Positions 32,705 to 42,950 of a DNA stretch of 64,000 nucleotides are shown piece after piece. The stretch spans positions 128,001-192,000 of the forward strand of contig CAVXEP010000016.1 of NCBI GenBank assembly GCA_963760795.1, in the 5' to 3' direction. Positions within the stretch are counted from its first letter, which is position 1, and each line of letters begins with the position of its first letter. This DNA is from an uncultured delta proteobacterium. Its GTDB lineage: Bacteria > Desulfobacterota > Binatia > UBA9968. The translations under genes and the position numbers were made by a program. A model generated the notes under the pieces. The model had not been told where the DNA came from. It was given only the letters and a program-made list of their open reading frames with translations, and searched no databases.

Positions 32705-32908
32705 CATCCGCAAAGAGCGCAAGCGGCGCAAAAAAGAGTTGGGATTCGTAGGAGCGGGTTTCAAACCCGCCTCTTCGGTTTGCACCGGTGCAGCGTTGTG
32801 CCGGAAGTTTTGCCCAAGTCGTGTAAACTTTCAACGAAAGTAGTACCGAGTTCACAGAGGGTTCGAAGATTTTTTTTCTCTGTGGTCTCTGTGTTCTCTG
32901 TGGTGATG
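32705..32908. repeat. Cluster of intergenic repeats
   Basis: ccgcaaagagcgcaagcggcgcaaaa; gtaggagcgggtttcaaacccgcc (GTAG REP); cacagag...ctctgtggtctctgtgttctctgtggtg. Confidence 0.7.
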
Positions 32909-33000
32909 GGTCTTCTCGGAATTGCATCCCGAAGCTGGTTCGGAGTGAGAGTGATGGATTTTGCATTGCGTCAATGGCAAACTAGTCAGAATTACAAATC

Positions 33001-34155
33001 ATGAGCTTTTGGCAAGACATACCCAAGCCGATCGTCGGCCTGTCGCCCATGGACGGGGTCACCGATGCGTCGTTTCGCTGGATCGCGGCTAAACATGGCG
33101 GGCCGGATATCACGGTCACCGAGTTTACCAATGTCGATGCGGCGATTCATGCGCCGCAGACGTTGATCCGCGATTTTACCTATTCGGAGATCGAGCGGCC
33201 GATCGTCGCGCAGATTTACGGCCATACGCCGGAATTGTTTTATAAAGCTGCTCACGTGGTCTGCGAATTGGGATTCGACGGCCTGGATATCAATATGGGC
33301 TGCCCGGCGAAGAACGTCGCCGCCTCGGGCAGCGGCGCGGCGTTGATTCGCACGCCGGAATTGGCGCGGCAGATCGTCCGCGAAACCCGCCGCGGCATCG
33401 ACGATTGGGTGGCGGGGCAGACGCTCGACCAGTTGGGTTTGCGTCAGAAGCTTCGTGAAACCGTTATGGCGTCGAATCTCCAGCGCAGCGGTTGGGCGAG
33501 GCCGCCGGTGCGCCGGTCGATACCGCTGTCGGTGAAGACCCGCATCGGCTACGACCAGATCGTCATCGAAGACTGGATCGGCAACTTGCTTGAAGAGAAG
33601 CCCGTTGCGATCTCCATCCATGGCCGCACCCTCAAACAGGGCTACAAAGGCGATGCCGATTGGGACGCCATCGGCCGCGCCGTCGAAATCGCCAGGCCGA
33701 CGGGGACGCTCATTCTCGGCAATGGCGACTTGCGCGACATGGGCGACGTATATCGCAGAGTTCGCCAGTGCGGCGTCGATGGGGTTTTGCTCGGTCGCGC
33801 CGCTGAAGGCAACCCGTGGATCTTTAAAGCCAAGGAGAGCCTAAAGCAAGCGTTAAGCGATTCGGTCCCGCCGCTGTCCGGCGAGCCGATCAGCATGGCC
33901 GAGCGCTTTAACGTCATCGTCGAACACTCGTGCCACTTCGAAACTTACGTCCAGGAGCGCAACTTCGTCGGCATGCGCAAGCACTTGATCTGGTACTGCC
34001 GTGATTTTCGCGGCGCCGCCGAGTTGCGCACGAAAATGGTGCGGGTCAACGGCACCGCGGACGTGATCCAATGTCTGCGCGATTACCAGGCTTGGCGTGC
34101 TGCGCAGCCGGTTGGCGCGCGGGAATCGGCTCAAGCGCCATCGTTTGAGTTATAG
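33001..34155 (+). CDS. dus: tRNA-dihydrouridine synthase family protein
   Basis: LSPMDGVTD, DINMGCP, SVKTRIG, IHGRT, GNGD and GRAAEGNPW motifs. Confidence 0.93.
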   Translation: MSFWQDIPKPIVGLSPMDGVTDASFRWIAAKHGGPDITVTEFTNVDAAIHAPQTLIRDFTYSEIERPIVAQIYGHTPELFYKAAHVVCELGFDGLDINMGCPAKNVAASGSGAALIRTPELARQIVRETRRGIDDWVAGQTLDQLGLRQKLRETVMASNLQRSGWARPPVRRSIPLSVKTRIGYDQIVIEDWIGNLLEEKPVAISIHGRTLKQGYKGDADWDAIGRAVEIARPTGTLILGNGDLRDMGDVYRRVRQCGVDGVLLGRAAEGNPWIFKAKESLKQALSDSVPPLSGEPISMAERFNVIVEHSCHFETYVQERNFVGMRKHLIWYCRDFRGAAELRTKMVRVNGTADVIQCLRDYQAWRAAQPVGARESAQAPSFEL

Positions 34156-34173
34156 TCTTCCGGCAGAGAATTC

Positions 34174-34800
34174 ATGCGCTTGATTCTCGCTTCTACTTCG
34201 CCCCGGCGGCGGCAGATTCTGTCGTTGCTGGGACTACCCTTCGACGCCATCGCCCCCGAGTTCGACGAGACGGTCTCTGCGCACCTAAGTATCGAGGATG
34301 AAGTGCTCGACTTTGCCGTCGGCAAGGCGCGTTCCGTCGCCGTCCATCATCCCGAGGCCATCGTCATCGGCAGCGATACAATGATTTTTCTCGATGGCGT
34401 CAAGATCGGCAAGCCGCTGGATCTGACTGACGCCAAGCGAATCTTGCGCTTGTTATCGGGCCGGACCCATCTGATTTACACCAGCGTGGCGATTATCGAC
34501 GGTGGCGGCGACGGTCTGCAAATGACGGCTAAGGTGTCGGTCGACATGCGCCCATACGATGACAACGCCATCAATCGCTATCTAGCCTACGACGAATCGA
34601 TGGACAAAGCCGGCGCTTATTCGATCCAGGGGCAGGGGAGTAAGCTTATCGCAAAGATTGACGGCGACTTCCTCGCCGCGGTGGGCATGCCGCTGCGGCC
34701 CATCGCCGAATATCTGCAACGTCGGCATGTCGAGTTGCCGATCGACATCGATGCACTTCACGCTCAGAAAGATTTTCTCAACTGGCGCCATTTCGCCTGA
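34174..34800 (+). CDS. maf: Maf-family nucleoside triphosphate pyrophosphatase
   Basis: LILASTSPRR, IGSDT, GKP, LSGRTH and DKAGAYSIQG motifs. Confidence 0.94.
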   Translation: MRLILASTSPRRRQILSLLGLPFDAIAPEFDETVSAHLSIEDEVLDFAVGKARSVAVHHPEAIVIGSDTMIFLDGVKIGKPLDLTDAKRILRLLSGRTHLIYTSVAIIDGGGDGLQMTAKVSVDMRPYDDNAINRYLAYDESMDKAGAYSIQGQGSKLIAKIDGDFLAAVGMPLRPIAEYLQRRHVELPIDIDALHAQKDFLNWRHFA

Positions 34801-34834
34801 GTCCGCAAGCTGGATGTAACCGGTCCGTCGATCC

Positions 34835-36028
34835 ATGCCGCCATTTTGGGAATTTGTCTTGCTCGCGTCATGCGTCCTGTGGATTTGCGGTTTGATATAC
34901 TTATCCTGGGCGGCGTTTTGCTTGGCGCAATTTCACCGGTTGCAATTTCACCCACCGCAAGAGTGGCCAGCGCTCAGCATCATCATCCCGGCCTGTAACG
35001 AGGCCGCTAATATCGAGAGCGCGGTCGAGACGTTACTCTGGCAAGACTATCCCAACTTCGAACTTATCCTGGTCGACGACCGCTCCACGGACGGGACGGG
35101 TGCAATCATCGATCGGTTGGCGGCAGGCGACCGGCGGATTCGCGCCTTGCACGTGCAGACTTTGCCTGACGGCTGGTTGGGTAAAGTACATGCGCTCGAG
35201 CGCGGCGTCGAAATTGCCAGCGGCGATTGGCTGCTTTTTACCGACGCCGATGTCCATTTTGCCGCCGGCACGCTGCGCCGGGCCGTGGGCTGGGCGGCCG
35301 ACCGGCAACTCGATCATTTGGCGCTGGCGCCGCTGTCGCTGCAGCCGAGTTTCTTGCTCGAGATCGTCGTGCAAAGCTTTATGTTGCTGTTTCTGATCGG
35401 CACCCGCGCTGCGGGTCTCAATCGGCCCGGCAGTCGGGGCATTGCCGGTGTCGGTGCCTTCAATCTCATACGCCGCGCGGCATTTCAGCGCACGCCGGGT
35501 TTTTCATGGCTGCGTCTCGAACCCTGCGATGACGTCGGCTTGGGATTGATGATCAAGCGTGCCGGCGGGCGATCGTTTTTTGCCTTCGCGCAACAACATC
35601 TAACCGTGGTGTGGTACGGCTCGGTATCGGCGATGTTCAAAGGGCTCGAGAAAAATCTGTTCGGCGCAACCGCCAATTATCGCTGGTGGGTGACGCTGGT
35701 GCAGGTGGTCGGGATTTATACCATGGCGGCTGCCCCGATGATGGCGCTGTTTTTCGGTCTAACCGATAAGCATGGCCTACTACTCTGTACCGGCCTGATC
35801 GCGCTGGCGCTTCATTGGGCATTTAGCTTAGCGGTCACGACCGAAGGCTGGCGCAGCCGGTTGAGTCTAATGCTTGCGCCGGTGGGACTCTGGATGATCG
35901 GCGCCATGATGGCTCATGCCGCCTGGAAGTGTCTTGCCCATAATGGCATCGATTGGCGTGGTACCCATTATCCGCTCGTGCAATTACGCGGCGGCCAACG
36001 GGTCAAGCTTGGCTCCATGCAAGATTAA
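34835..36028 (+). CDS. Membrane glycosyltransferase family 2 (HpnB/CrtQ-like)
   Basis: IIPACNE, VDDRSTDGT, GWLGK, FTDAD and PCDD motifs; C-terminal TMs and WRG. Confidence 0.88.
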   Translation: MPPFWEFVLLASCVLWICGLIYLSWAAFCLAQFHRLQFHPPQEWPALSIIIPACNEAANIESAVETLLWQDYPNFELILVDDRSTDGTGAIIDRLAAGDRRIRALHVQTLPDGWLGKVHALERGVEIASGDWLLFTDADVHFAAGTLRRAVGWAADRQLDHLALAPLSLQPSFLLEIVVQSFMLLFLIGTRAAGLNRPGSRGIAGVGAFNLIRRAAFQRTPGFSWLRLEPCDDVGLGLMIKRAGGRSFFAFAQQHLTVVWYGSVSAMFKGLEKNLFGATANYRWWVTLVQVVGIYTMAAAPMMALFFGLTDKHGLLLCTGLIALALHWAFSLAVTTEGWRSRLSLMLAPVGLWMIGAMMAHAAWKCLAHNGIDWRGTHYPLVQLRGGQRVKLGSMQD

Positions 36029-36220
36029 TCTTCGTGCGTGTCCCGTTGCTCCGACGTCTAAGAAACCAAGGAGACTTGCGCAGAATTGTGAATTGGCTGA
36101 GGAGCCTAACGCCAATTTCGCACAGCCATCAGGGAAGACTCGTCACACTACAGGTATCAGCGCTCTCGAAATTCCTACAGAAGTAGTCGCTTACGGCTGG
36201 TCTATCGATTGCTCAGCAAG

Positions 36221-36430
36221 ATGAACAGGATTGCCATGAAACAGCCAAGCACTATCCCAAACGACGGGCAAAACTGGCAGTGGCCGGACAAGACCTGGTT
36301 TCGTCAACGCTTGAACGCCTTGAAGGCGGAGGAGAATCAGCGTCGACGCCGTCCCATGGTGAACTCCAACCAACCAGCCACGGTTACTTCCCCGAAAACC
36401 GACCCCGCCGACCAGTTGAAGGCTGAATAG
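36221..36430 (+). CDS. Small hypothetical protein
   Basis: Short open frame (WQWPDKTWFRQRLNALKAEE) followed by AT-shifted sequence; no recognisable motif. Confidence 0.35.
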   Translation: MNRIAMKQPSTIPNDGQNWQWPDKTWFRQRLNALKAEENQRRRRPMVNSNQPATVTSPKTDPADQLKAE

Positions 36431-36889
36431 GCGCTTTGACTTCGCCTGGAGTCGCGCGCTTTCCGAGCCTGAGGGGGTAAATACCTCGGGCTGCGAACAC
36501 ACTTAGATTCACCGAAGCCCCAGCATCAGCAATCATTCTCGATATGCTTTGCGTTCTTTACGATCTCCGTCCGCATTCTTATTGAATGCCGCTAAAATCT
36601 TGGCAGTTACATCGAAGCGCGATTGTCGATATCAACGCTGCCGTTGCCAATTCCAGCGGTTGATATCTTCGGCCGCCACTGCTTCGAGGATTCCCTGGCT
36701 AGTTTATTGATCCAAGTAAATGAAACCGGCTGGCCTCGTGTTTGGCTAACCTTTCTCGATCATCGCTGGAGGTTCCGGAAATTCTTTGAGACGCCGGAGC
36801 TTTAACTTCGCTAGTCAAAAGTCCACGGCCGGAAAGCAGCGGCATGGCAGCACTGCCAAGAAGCTTCGAATCCTCGATATCCTCCCTAG

Positions 36890-37963
36890 TTACAGAGCGA
36901 ACAACGCCTTGGGATTGTCATAGCAGATCTTGTCGTATTGGCCGTCGGTGATCATGCCGGTCTTCTTCAGGTTGCGCAGCGCTTCGACTTCGGTGGACTG
37001 GTCGTTGTGGCCGTAGTCGGTACCGATGACGAGATTGTCTTCGCCGGAGTATCGGAGCACGTAATCGACATCGTCGTCGGTCTGGCAGGAGACATACTGG
37101 CGGTACTCTTTGAGCGGGTTATCGGGCAAGTCTTTTTTCTGCGTCGCCCAGCGACGCTGTAAGTCCTTGACGACGTAGGGCACCCAGTTGGCTGCCGCCT
37201 CGGCCCAGTGAAAGCGCAGTTTGGGAAACTGCTGCGGGATTTCGCCCATGATGACCGAGTGAAACGCGCCGATCACCGGGATGCGAAATTTCCAGAAGCT
37301 GCCGCCGCCGTTGTACTGCGACACCATGTCGATGTTGTGCGGGCTGCCATTGCCGACGTGCACGCCGACCGCCATGTCGAGCCGGCTCATGGCATCGTAG
37401 AGCGGATAGAAATACGGGTCGGTGATCATGCGGCTGCCTTCGATGCCGCGCATGAAAACGCCGACGGCGCCGTGCTGTTGGCAAAACTTGAGTTCTTCCA
37501 CAGCCGCGCTCATGTCGAGCAGCGGCAGGACGCAGATCCAGCGCAAGCGCCCCTGGCCTTGTTGGTAAATGTCGGCGAGCCAGCGGTTATAGCCGCGGCA
37601 GATGGCGACCTCCCAGACCGGCTTCTCGGTGATCTGCTCGATGAACATGGTCGGGTAGAGCACCTGGACATCGATGCCGAGCTCGTCCATATGTTTGAGC
37701 CGCGCCGGGACATTTTCCATCTCGCGAGTTTCCTGCGGCGTGCCCATGACCCGGCCGGTGCGCTGAGCCACGTCGTCCATTTCCTTGGCGGTCATGATGA
37801 CGCGTACCAGGCCGCGAATTTTGCCATCGATGAACCAATACTCGGCGCTACTGCTACCGCGCGGCTTGACGATCACCGGCCGGTACTTCTGGTCGGCCTT
37901 GTCCATGTAGTCCCAGGTCCGTTCGCTTTCGACCACATGGGCGTCGGAATCTATAGTCGGCAT
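36890..37963 (-). CDS. Amidohydrolase family 2 protein
   Basis: IDSDAHVVE, RLKHMDELGIDVQVLYPT and GTDYGH motifs. Confidence 0.92.
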   Translation of the reverse strand: MPTIDSDAHVVESERTWDYMDKADQKYRPVIVKPRGSSSAEYWFIDGKIRGLVRVIMTAKEMDDVAQRTGRVMGTPQETREMENVPARLKHMDELGIDVQVLYPTMFIEQITEKPVWEVAICRGYNRWLADIYQQGQGRLRWICVLPLLDMSAAVEELKFCQQHGAVGVFMRGIEGSRMITDPYFYPLYDAMSRLDMAVGVHVGNGSPHNIDMVSQYNGGGSFWKFRIPVIGAFHSVIMGEIPQQFPKLRFHWAEAAANWVPYVVKDLQRRWATQKKDLPDNPLKEYRQYVSCQTDDDVDYVLRYSGEDNLVIGTDYGHNDQSTEVEALRNLKKTGMITDGQYDKICYDNPKALFAL

Positions 37964-38100
37964 GTGCGCTCCCTCCGTCGGCTGTTGCCCGCTTCTAGCG
38001 CGCCGTCGGTGCCACTGTCAACGCAAGAGCGCGGGATTATTTGACATCGTGGTGGCGGCATGATTCGTAGAGTGTTCAGACAGTGAAAGTCTTGATGCCG

Positions 38101-38719
38101 ATGAACATGAAATGGCTTGTCTCGAGCCTGTGCTCGCTGCTTTTGACCTGGACTCTTTCACTTGCCGTCGTCAGGGCGGACGGAGAAGAGCAACCACCCC
38201 GGCTGGTGCCGATTCTCAAAATCGACGAGGGGCTCGATAAGCGCACGGCGATCAAGCCCTCGCTCATTCCCGGCGGCGGTAACGGGCTGTACGCCGCCGC
38301 GGCGATCCAGCAGGGCGATGTCATCGGCATGCTCGGCGGTCAGCTGCGCACGGATGAGGATTATCCGGCGGGCAATTATTATCTGGCTTCCATCCCGGAA
38401 TGCGCCTGGGAGGAGACCAAGCCGTATAAATATCTCGATGCGAAACATTTCGGCGCTCATGTCAGCCGGATCAATTTCGCCCCCAAGACTATCAATGGCA
38501 TCGAAGCGGGTTTGCAAAATGCCGCGTTGCGCCAGCTGTGCAATTATCCCTATGTGATATTCGTCGCGCTTCGCGATATCGAAGTGGGCACCGAGATCTG
38601 GTCCAGCTACGGGCCGTATTATCCCTACGATCAGTTCATGTATGAACCGGCGGTAAGAGAGTTTTTCTGCAACCAGGCGAAAATCGACTGCCGGGAAGAG
38701 CTATAGTTTTGAGCCCTAA
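38101..38719 (+). CDS. SET-domain protein with N-terminal signal peptide (paralog A); frameshift in last codons
   Basis: GGGNGLYA...I..GDVIG, SRINF and ALRDIEVGTEIWSSYG motifs; shifted tail YSFEP* matches YSFDH* of paralog B. Confidence 0.82.
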
Positions 38720-38736
38720 ACGGCTGAGGAGACGAT

Positions 38737-39534
38737 ATGGAAGTTATCGATATTCATCATCACTTGGGCGCGCTCAACGGCGGCAGCTTGCAGGAAGGCG
38801 ACGACTGGCCGGATCGTGACTATGTCAATCGCGTGCGCATCATGGACGCCAATGGCGTAAACGCCGCGGCGATTCTGGCGGCGACGGGATATATCCAGGC
38901 GGACGGCATCAAGGACACGATGCGCTCCAACGATGTCGTCGCCGCCTATCGACTACGCGATCCCAAACGTTTTCCCATCGCCTGCGGCATCGTCGAGCCG
39001 CTCCACGGCGCCCGCTCGCTGGGCGAGTTGGAGCGGATGAAATGCGAGCTCGGTCTCGAGGGCGTGGTCTGGCATAGCCGCTTTCAAGGCGTCGCGGTGG
39101 ATCACCAGCTGATGCGGCCGCTGCTCAAAAAGGTCCAAGAGCTCGGCCTGGTGCCGCTGATTCACACCAATGCCGAATCCAACCTCGAAGCGGTGTGGCG
39201 CTTGGAACGGCTCGCGCTGGAGTTTCCCGACCTGACCTTCATCTCGTTGGACGCGTTGACCACCAACACCAACAGCCAGTTAGCGTTGGACATCGCCAAG
39301 CGTACCAAAAATATTATTTTCGATACCGCCCATGTGCGCGGGCCGGGCTATGTGAAAAATTTTGTCGAAGCGGTGGGCTCGGAGCGCATGGTTTTCGGCA
39401 GCCTGTTTTATTCCCATCCGGCGAGCTACGACCATTGCGTGAGCTTGGCGGAGATCAAGGCAGCCAAGATCAGCGACGCCGACAAGGCCAACATTTTGGC
39501 CGGCAACGTCAAAAGAATTTTTCAGCTCAAATAG
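38737..39534 (+). CDS. Amidohydrolase family metal-dependent hydrolase
   Basis: IDIHHH, LIHT and VGSERMVFGS motifs; GGAG RBS. Confidence 0.88.
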   Translation: MEVIDIHHHLGALNGGSLQEGDDWPDRDYVNRVRIMDANGVNAAAILAATGYIQADGIKDTMRSNDVVAAYRLRDPKRFPIACGIVEPLHGARSLGELERMKCELGLEGVVWHSRFQGVAVDHQLMRPLLKKVQELGLVPLIHTNAESNLEAVWRLERLALEFPDLTFISLDALTTNTNSQLALDIAKRTKNIIFDTAHVRGPGYVKNFVEAVGSERMVFGSLFYSHPASYDHCVSLAEIKAAKISDADKANILAGNVKRIFQLK

Positions 39535-39598
39535 CCGCGGCGAATTTGATTGCGGCAAAGTTCGATTTGGAGAGGAGCCGGTTGCGAATCGCTTCAGT

Positions 39599-40207
39599 AT
39601 GGCTAAATTCTTCGTCCTGTTATTTATCACCGTCGTGGGCGAGTGGGTGTTTCAAGGTTCGCCATTGTTGCCGGCGGAGAGTCTTAATATGGAATTCCCG
39701 CTGCTAAAAATTAACAAGGCGCTCGACAAGCGCACGGTGATCAAGCCGTCGATGATTCCCAATGGCGGCAACGGCCTATATGCGCTCGTGCCGATCAAGA
39801 AAGGCGAGGTGATAGGCGAGCTCGGCGGACGATTGCTGCCGGCGGATAAATACCCTCAAGGCAACCATTACATCGCCGCGTTGTTGGAGTGCGCGCAAAA
39901 GCAGGCCCATCCTTACGTTTACCTAGACTCCAAGGATAACGGCGCCAATGTCAGCCGGATCAACTTTGCGCCAAGCAAAATCAACGGCATTGACACTCAT
40001 TTCCAGAACTCGGCGATCCGAAGATTGTGCCAGCCGCCGTACGTTGAGTTCTACGCGCTGCGGGATATCCCAGCGGGTGAAGAGATATTCTCCAGCTATG
40101 GGCCCAACTACGACTATGACCGGTTCATGCACCAGCCCGACGTGAAAGAGTTCTTCTGCAAGCGCGCCAAGATCGACTGCCGGGCGAAGTACTCATTCGA
40201 CCATTAG
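39599..40207 (+). CDS. SET-domain protein with hydrophobic N-terminus (paralog B)
   Basis: NGGNGLYA...IKKGEVIGE, SRINF and ALRDIPAGEEIFSSYG motifs. Confidence 0.84.
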   Translation: MAKFFVLLFITVVGEWVFQGSPLLPAESLNMEFPLLKINKALDKRTVIKPSMIPNGGNGLYALVPIKKGEVIGELGGRLLPADKYPQGNHYIAALLECAQKQAHPYVYLDSKDNGANVSRINFAPSKINGIDTHFQNSAIRRLCQPPYVEFYALRDIPAGEEIFSSYGPNYDYDRFMHQPDVKEFFCKRAKIDCRAKYSFDH

Positions 40208-42488
40208 TCGGCGTTCTTACCAGCCGGGGTAATTTCCACCAAGGTGTCAAAGAAAGCATAGTTGTCTGAAGTCGGGCTCACCTGTTCGTGGGTCAGGCTG
40301 TAGGGCTCGCCTTTGGGGAAATCTTTCACCCAGGAGCCTTCCGAGATCACCACCACGCCAGGACGTAGATCGGCATTGAGGCGGCACTTTAGCTCGACGC
40401 GGCCACGCGGGTTGTAAACTCGGACGAGCTGGCCATCGCTCAAACCTCGGCGCGCGGCGTCATCCGGAGCAATCTCGACCAGCGGTTCGGGTTCGTGCTG
40501 CTTTGCTCTGGCCAGATTGGCGAAGGTCGAATGAATCCGATGACGGCTGTGGGAGAAGAGTAAAGTCAGCGGATACTTCGCATAGATTGGATTCTTGGGA
40601 CTCGCCTCGATGGGCTCGCGGTAGTAGGGCAGTTCCGCGCCATGTTTTAGCAGTTCTTCCTTATAGATTTCGATGCGTCCTGACGGAGTTTTAAACCGCA
40701 AATCGGCCAAGCCGACATAGGGCGCAGCCGGGCGGTTGAGCAAGATCGCATCTTCGCCCTGCAAGCGTTCGAGAGTAATGCCTTTGAGCAAGGCATCGTC
40801 ACTGTCGAGCATCTCGCGCAAATAATCGTCCGGTGGGCGCTCGAAGTGTTGTCCAAACCCCATGCGCTGGGCCAAGCCGGCCATGATATCCCAGTCAGAT
40901 TTACTTTCGCCCTCCGGGGTGACTGCTTGGCGTTGCAGTTGGAGAAACATCGCGGCGATCAAATCGTTCTTTTCAAAAATCGTGCAGGCGGGCAGGACGA
41001 TATCGGCTAACGCCGCGCTATCGGTCATGAACTGATCGACCACGACGAGCAGCTCCAACTTGGGCACAATTTCCCGCAACACCCGGCGGCGATTGGCCGA
41101 GGTCTGATTAAACATGTTCGAGGCCGAGAGCCAGAGCGATTTGACCGGGTAGGGCTCGCCATGTTCGATGGCTTGCATCAGGCCGATGATGTCGAGGGTC
41201 GCCGCTTCCCGGCCGCCGGGAGTGCGAAAGGGCCGCAAGTTTAACGGCGCCGCGTAGGTGCCGTCGTGGACGCTGATGCCGCCGCCGGGAATGCCGATGT
41301 TGCCGGTGGCGATGGCTAGATTCGCTACCGCGCGGGCGGTGTAGTCGGCGTAGTACCAGCGGTCAACGCCGTAACCAATGCGAATCGCCGCCGGTTTGGT
41401 GTTGGCAAACTCTCGTGCCAGGTCGCCGAATGACGTTCGCTGGCAATGCTGGTGATTTCCGCTGCGCGCTCGACCGAATACTCTGCGCAAAGATCGTGCA
41501 GTAGTTGAAACGACGGCACGCAATCGATGGTTTCGCCGAAATCGGTTTTCACTTGATACACACCCGTTAGCGCCGGCGTCCTCGCTTCGTTGGCGGCGCA
41601 GAGCTGTCGGCGCTGGATGAATCCCAAACCAGATACTAGAGGAAGCACCATCGATTTGATGTCCAGTCCGCGCAGCAAAGCGCCGTTGTCGCGTCGCACC
41701 AAAAACGCCGCATTGGTATGGTGGATGAGAAATTCGCGATCATGGAGATCCTGGGCAATGATCTCGTTGAGCAGCGCGAGTGCCAAGGCGGTATCGGTGC
41801 CCGGCCGGGGTGAAATCCACTGATCGGCATGTTGTGCCGTCGCGCTGCGGTTGGGATCGATGCAAATAATCTTGGCGCCGCGCCGCTGCGCCTCCAAGAC
41901 AAAGTGAAAATCCACCAGCCGGGTATCGGCAGCGTTGCCGCCCCACAGGAGGATCAGTTGCGAATTCACCGCGTCGGCGTATTCATGGCCACCAGGCCTG
42001 AAATAGGTCGAGGCTGGAATGCCAAAGCTGTACTCCAATCCCTTGGGCACGCCGTAGTCGACGCCGCCGGCGCGGTAGGCCGTGCCGCCGATGGCGGCGG
42101 CGAAGCGCTGCACCGAGCCCTTGGTTAGAACTCCCGCCGCGCCGCTGCCGGTGTAAAAGGCCAGCGAGCGTGAGCCGTATTGATCACCAACGATGCGCAA
42201 TTGTTCGGCGAGAAGCTCGTAGGCGCGATCCCAACTGATCCGTTGCCATTTGCCTTCGCCGCGCCGGCCGAGGCGTTGGAGCGGGTAGTGCAACCGATCC
42301 GGGTGATATTGTTGTTCAAGCCGCGCCATGCCCATGGCGCAGATGCGCCGGTCATATTCGGCGAGCGGGAAGCGACCGGCTTCGATCTTGTCGATTCGAC
42401 CGTCGACGACGTGAGCCGTGATGCCGCAGCGCGGGCTGGCGTGGCAATTCGGGTCGCAGACGGTGCGGACTATGCGGGATTCGGCCAT
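40204..42488 (-). CDS. Bis-MGD molybdopterin oxidoreductase catalytic subunit (DMSO reductase family); frameshifts near 41430-41640
   Basis: N-terminal Cys cluster CDPNCHASPRC...ICAMG, GEGKWQRISWD, PRPGTD, ADIVLPA, TPSGRIE and HSTF motifs. Confidence 0.92.
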
Positions 42489-42608
42489 GGATCGGAACTC
42501 ACTGCTAAGTAAATATCGGCAGGCGAACGACTGCAAGTCATCCCGGATCTATCGTGCGGCTTTAGTTTGACAGCCTCCTCTCCTTGTTCACGAGAAGGGC
42601 CACGCCTG

Positions 42609-42718
42609 CGTCATTCCCGCGCGGGCGGAATTCAGCTGACGGACAGCGTCCGTCATGCCGTTGAAAAATATCCAGGTGGATGATGGGTCCGGATTGCCGT
42701 TGTCACGGGAATGACGGA
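42609..42718. repeat. Nested CGTCAT-type REP palindromes
   Basis: cgtcattcccgcgcgggcggaat ... cgtcatgccg ... cacgggaatgacg. Confidence 0.7.
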
Positions 42719-42808
42719 ATTAGAGTCCAGTTTTGTTGCGCTCGGCGCTGGCTTTTCCAATCTCGGTTAAGTATTTCTAACGGTGAAGTCAATTTTAGGA
42801 GGCAATCG

Positions 42809-42934
42809 ATGAAACCAGAAGATTGGGCGAAGAAATACGCGGCGATGGATAAACGCATCGAACTCAAGTACCAGCAACTGGCCAAAGGCGAACAAGTCGG
42901 CAAGCGCACCGAGGCGCCAAAACCCGCTAGCTAA
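42809..42934 (+). CDS. 41-aa hypothetical microprotein
   Basis: AGGAGG RBS 6 nt before ATG; MKPEDWAKKYAAMDKRIELKYQQLAKGEQVGKRTEAPKPAS. Confidence 0.65.
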   Translation: MKPEDWAKKYAAMDKRIELKYQQLAKGEQVGKRTEAPKPAS

Positions 42935-42950
42935 GAAATCCTAACCTGCC

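Noticed and set aside
34835-36028. Hopanoid or carotenoid biosynthetic cluster
   Set aside because: Only a lone GT2 gene; no shc, hpn or crt neighbours
38101-40207. Anti-phage defence or toxin-antitoxin system
   Set aside because: No nuclease, NTPase, TIR/SIR2 or toxin motifs recognised, and no mobile-element context
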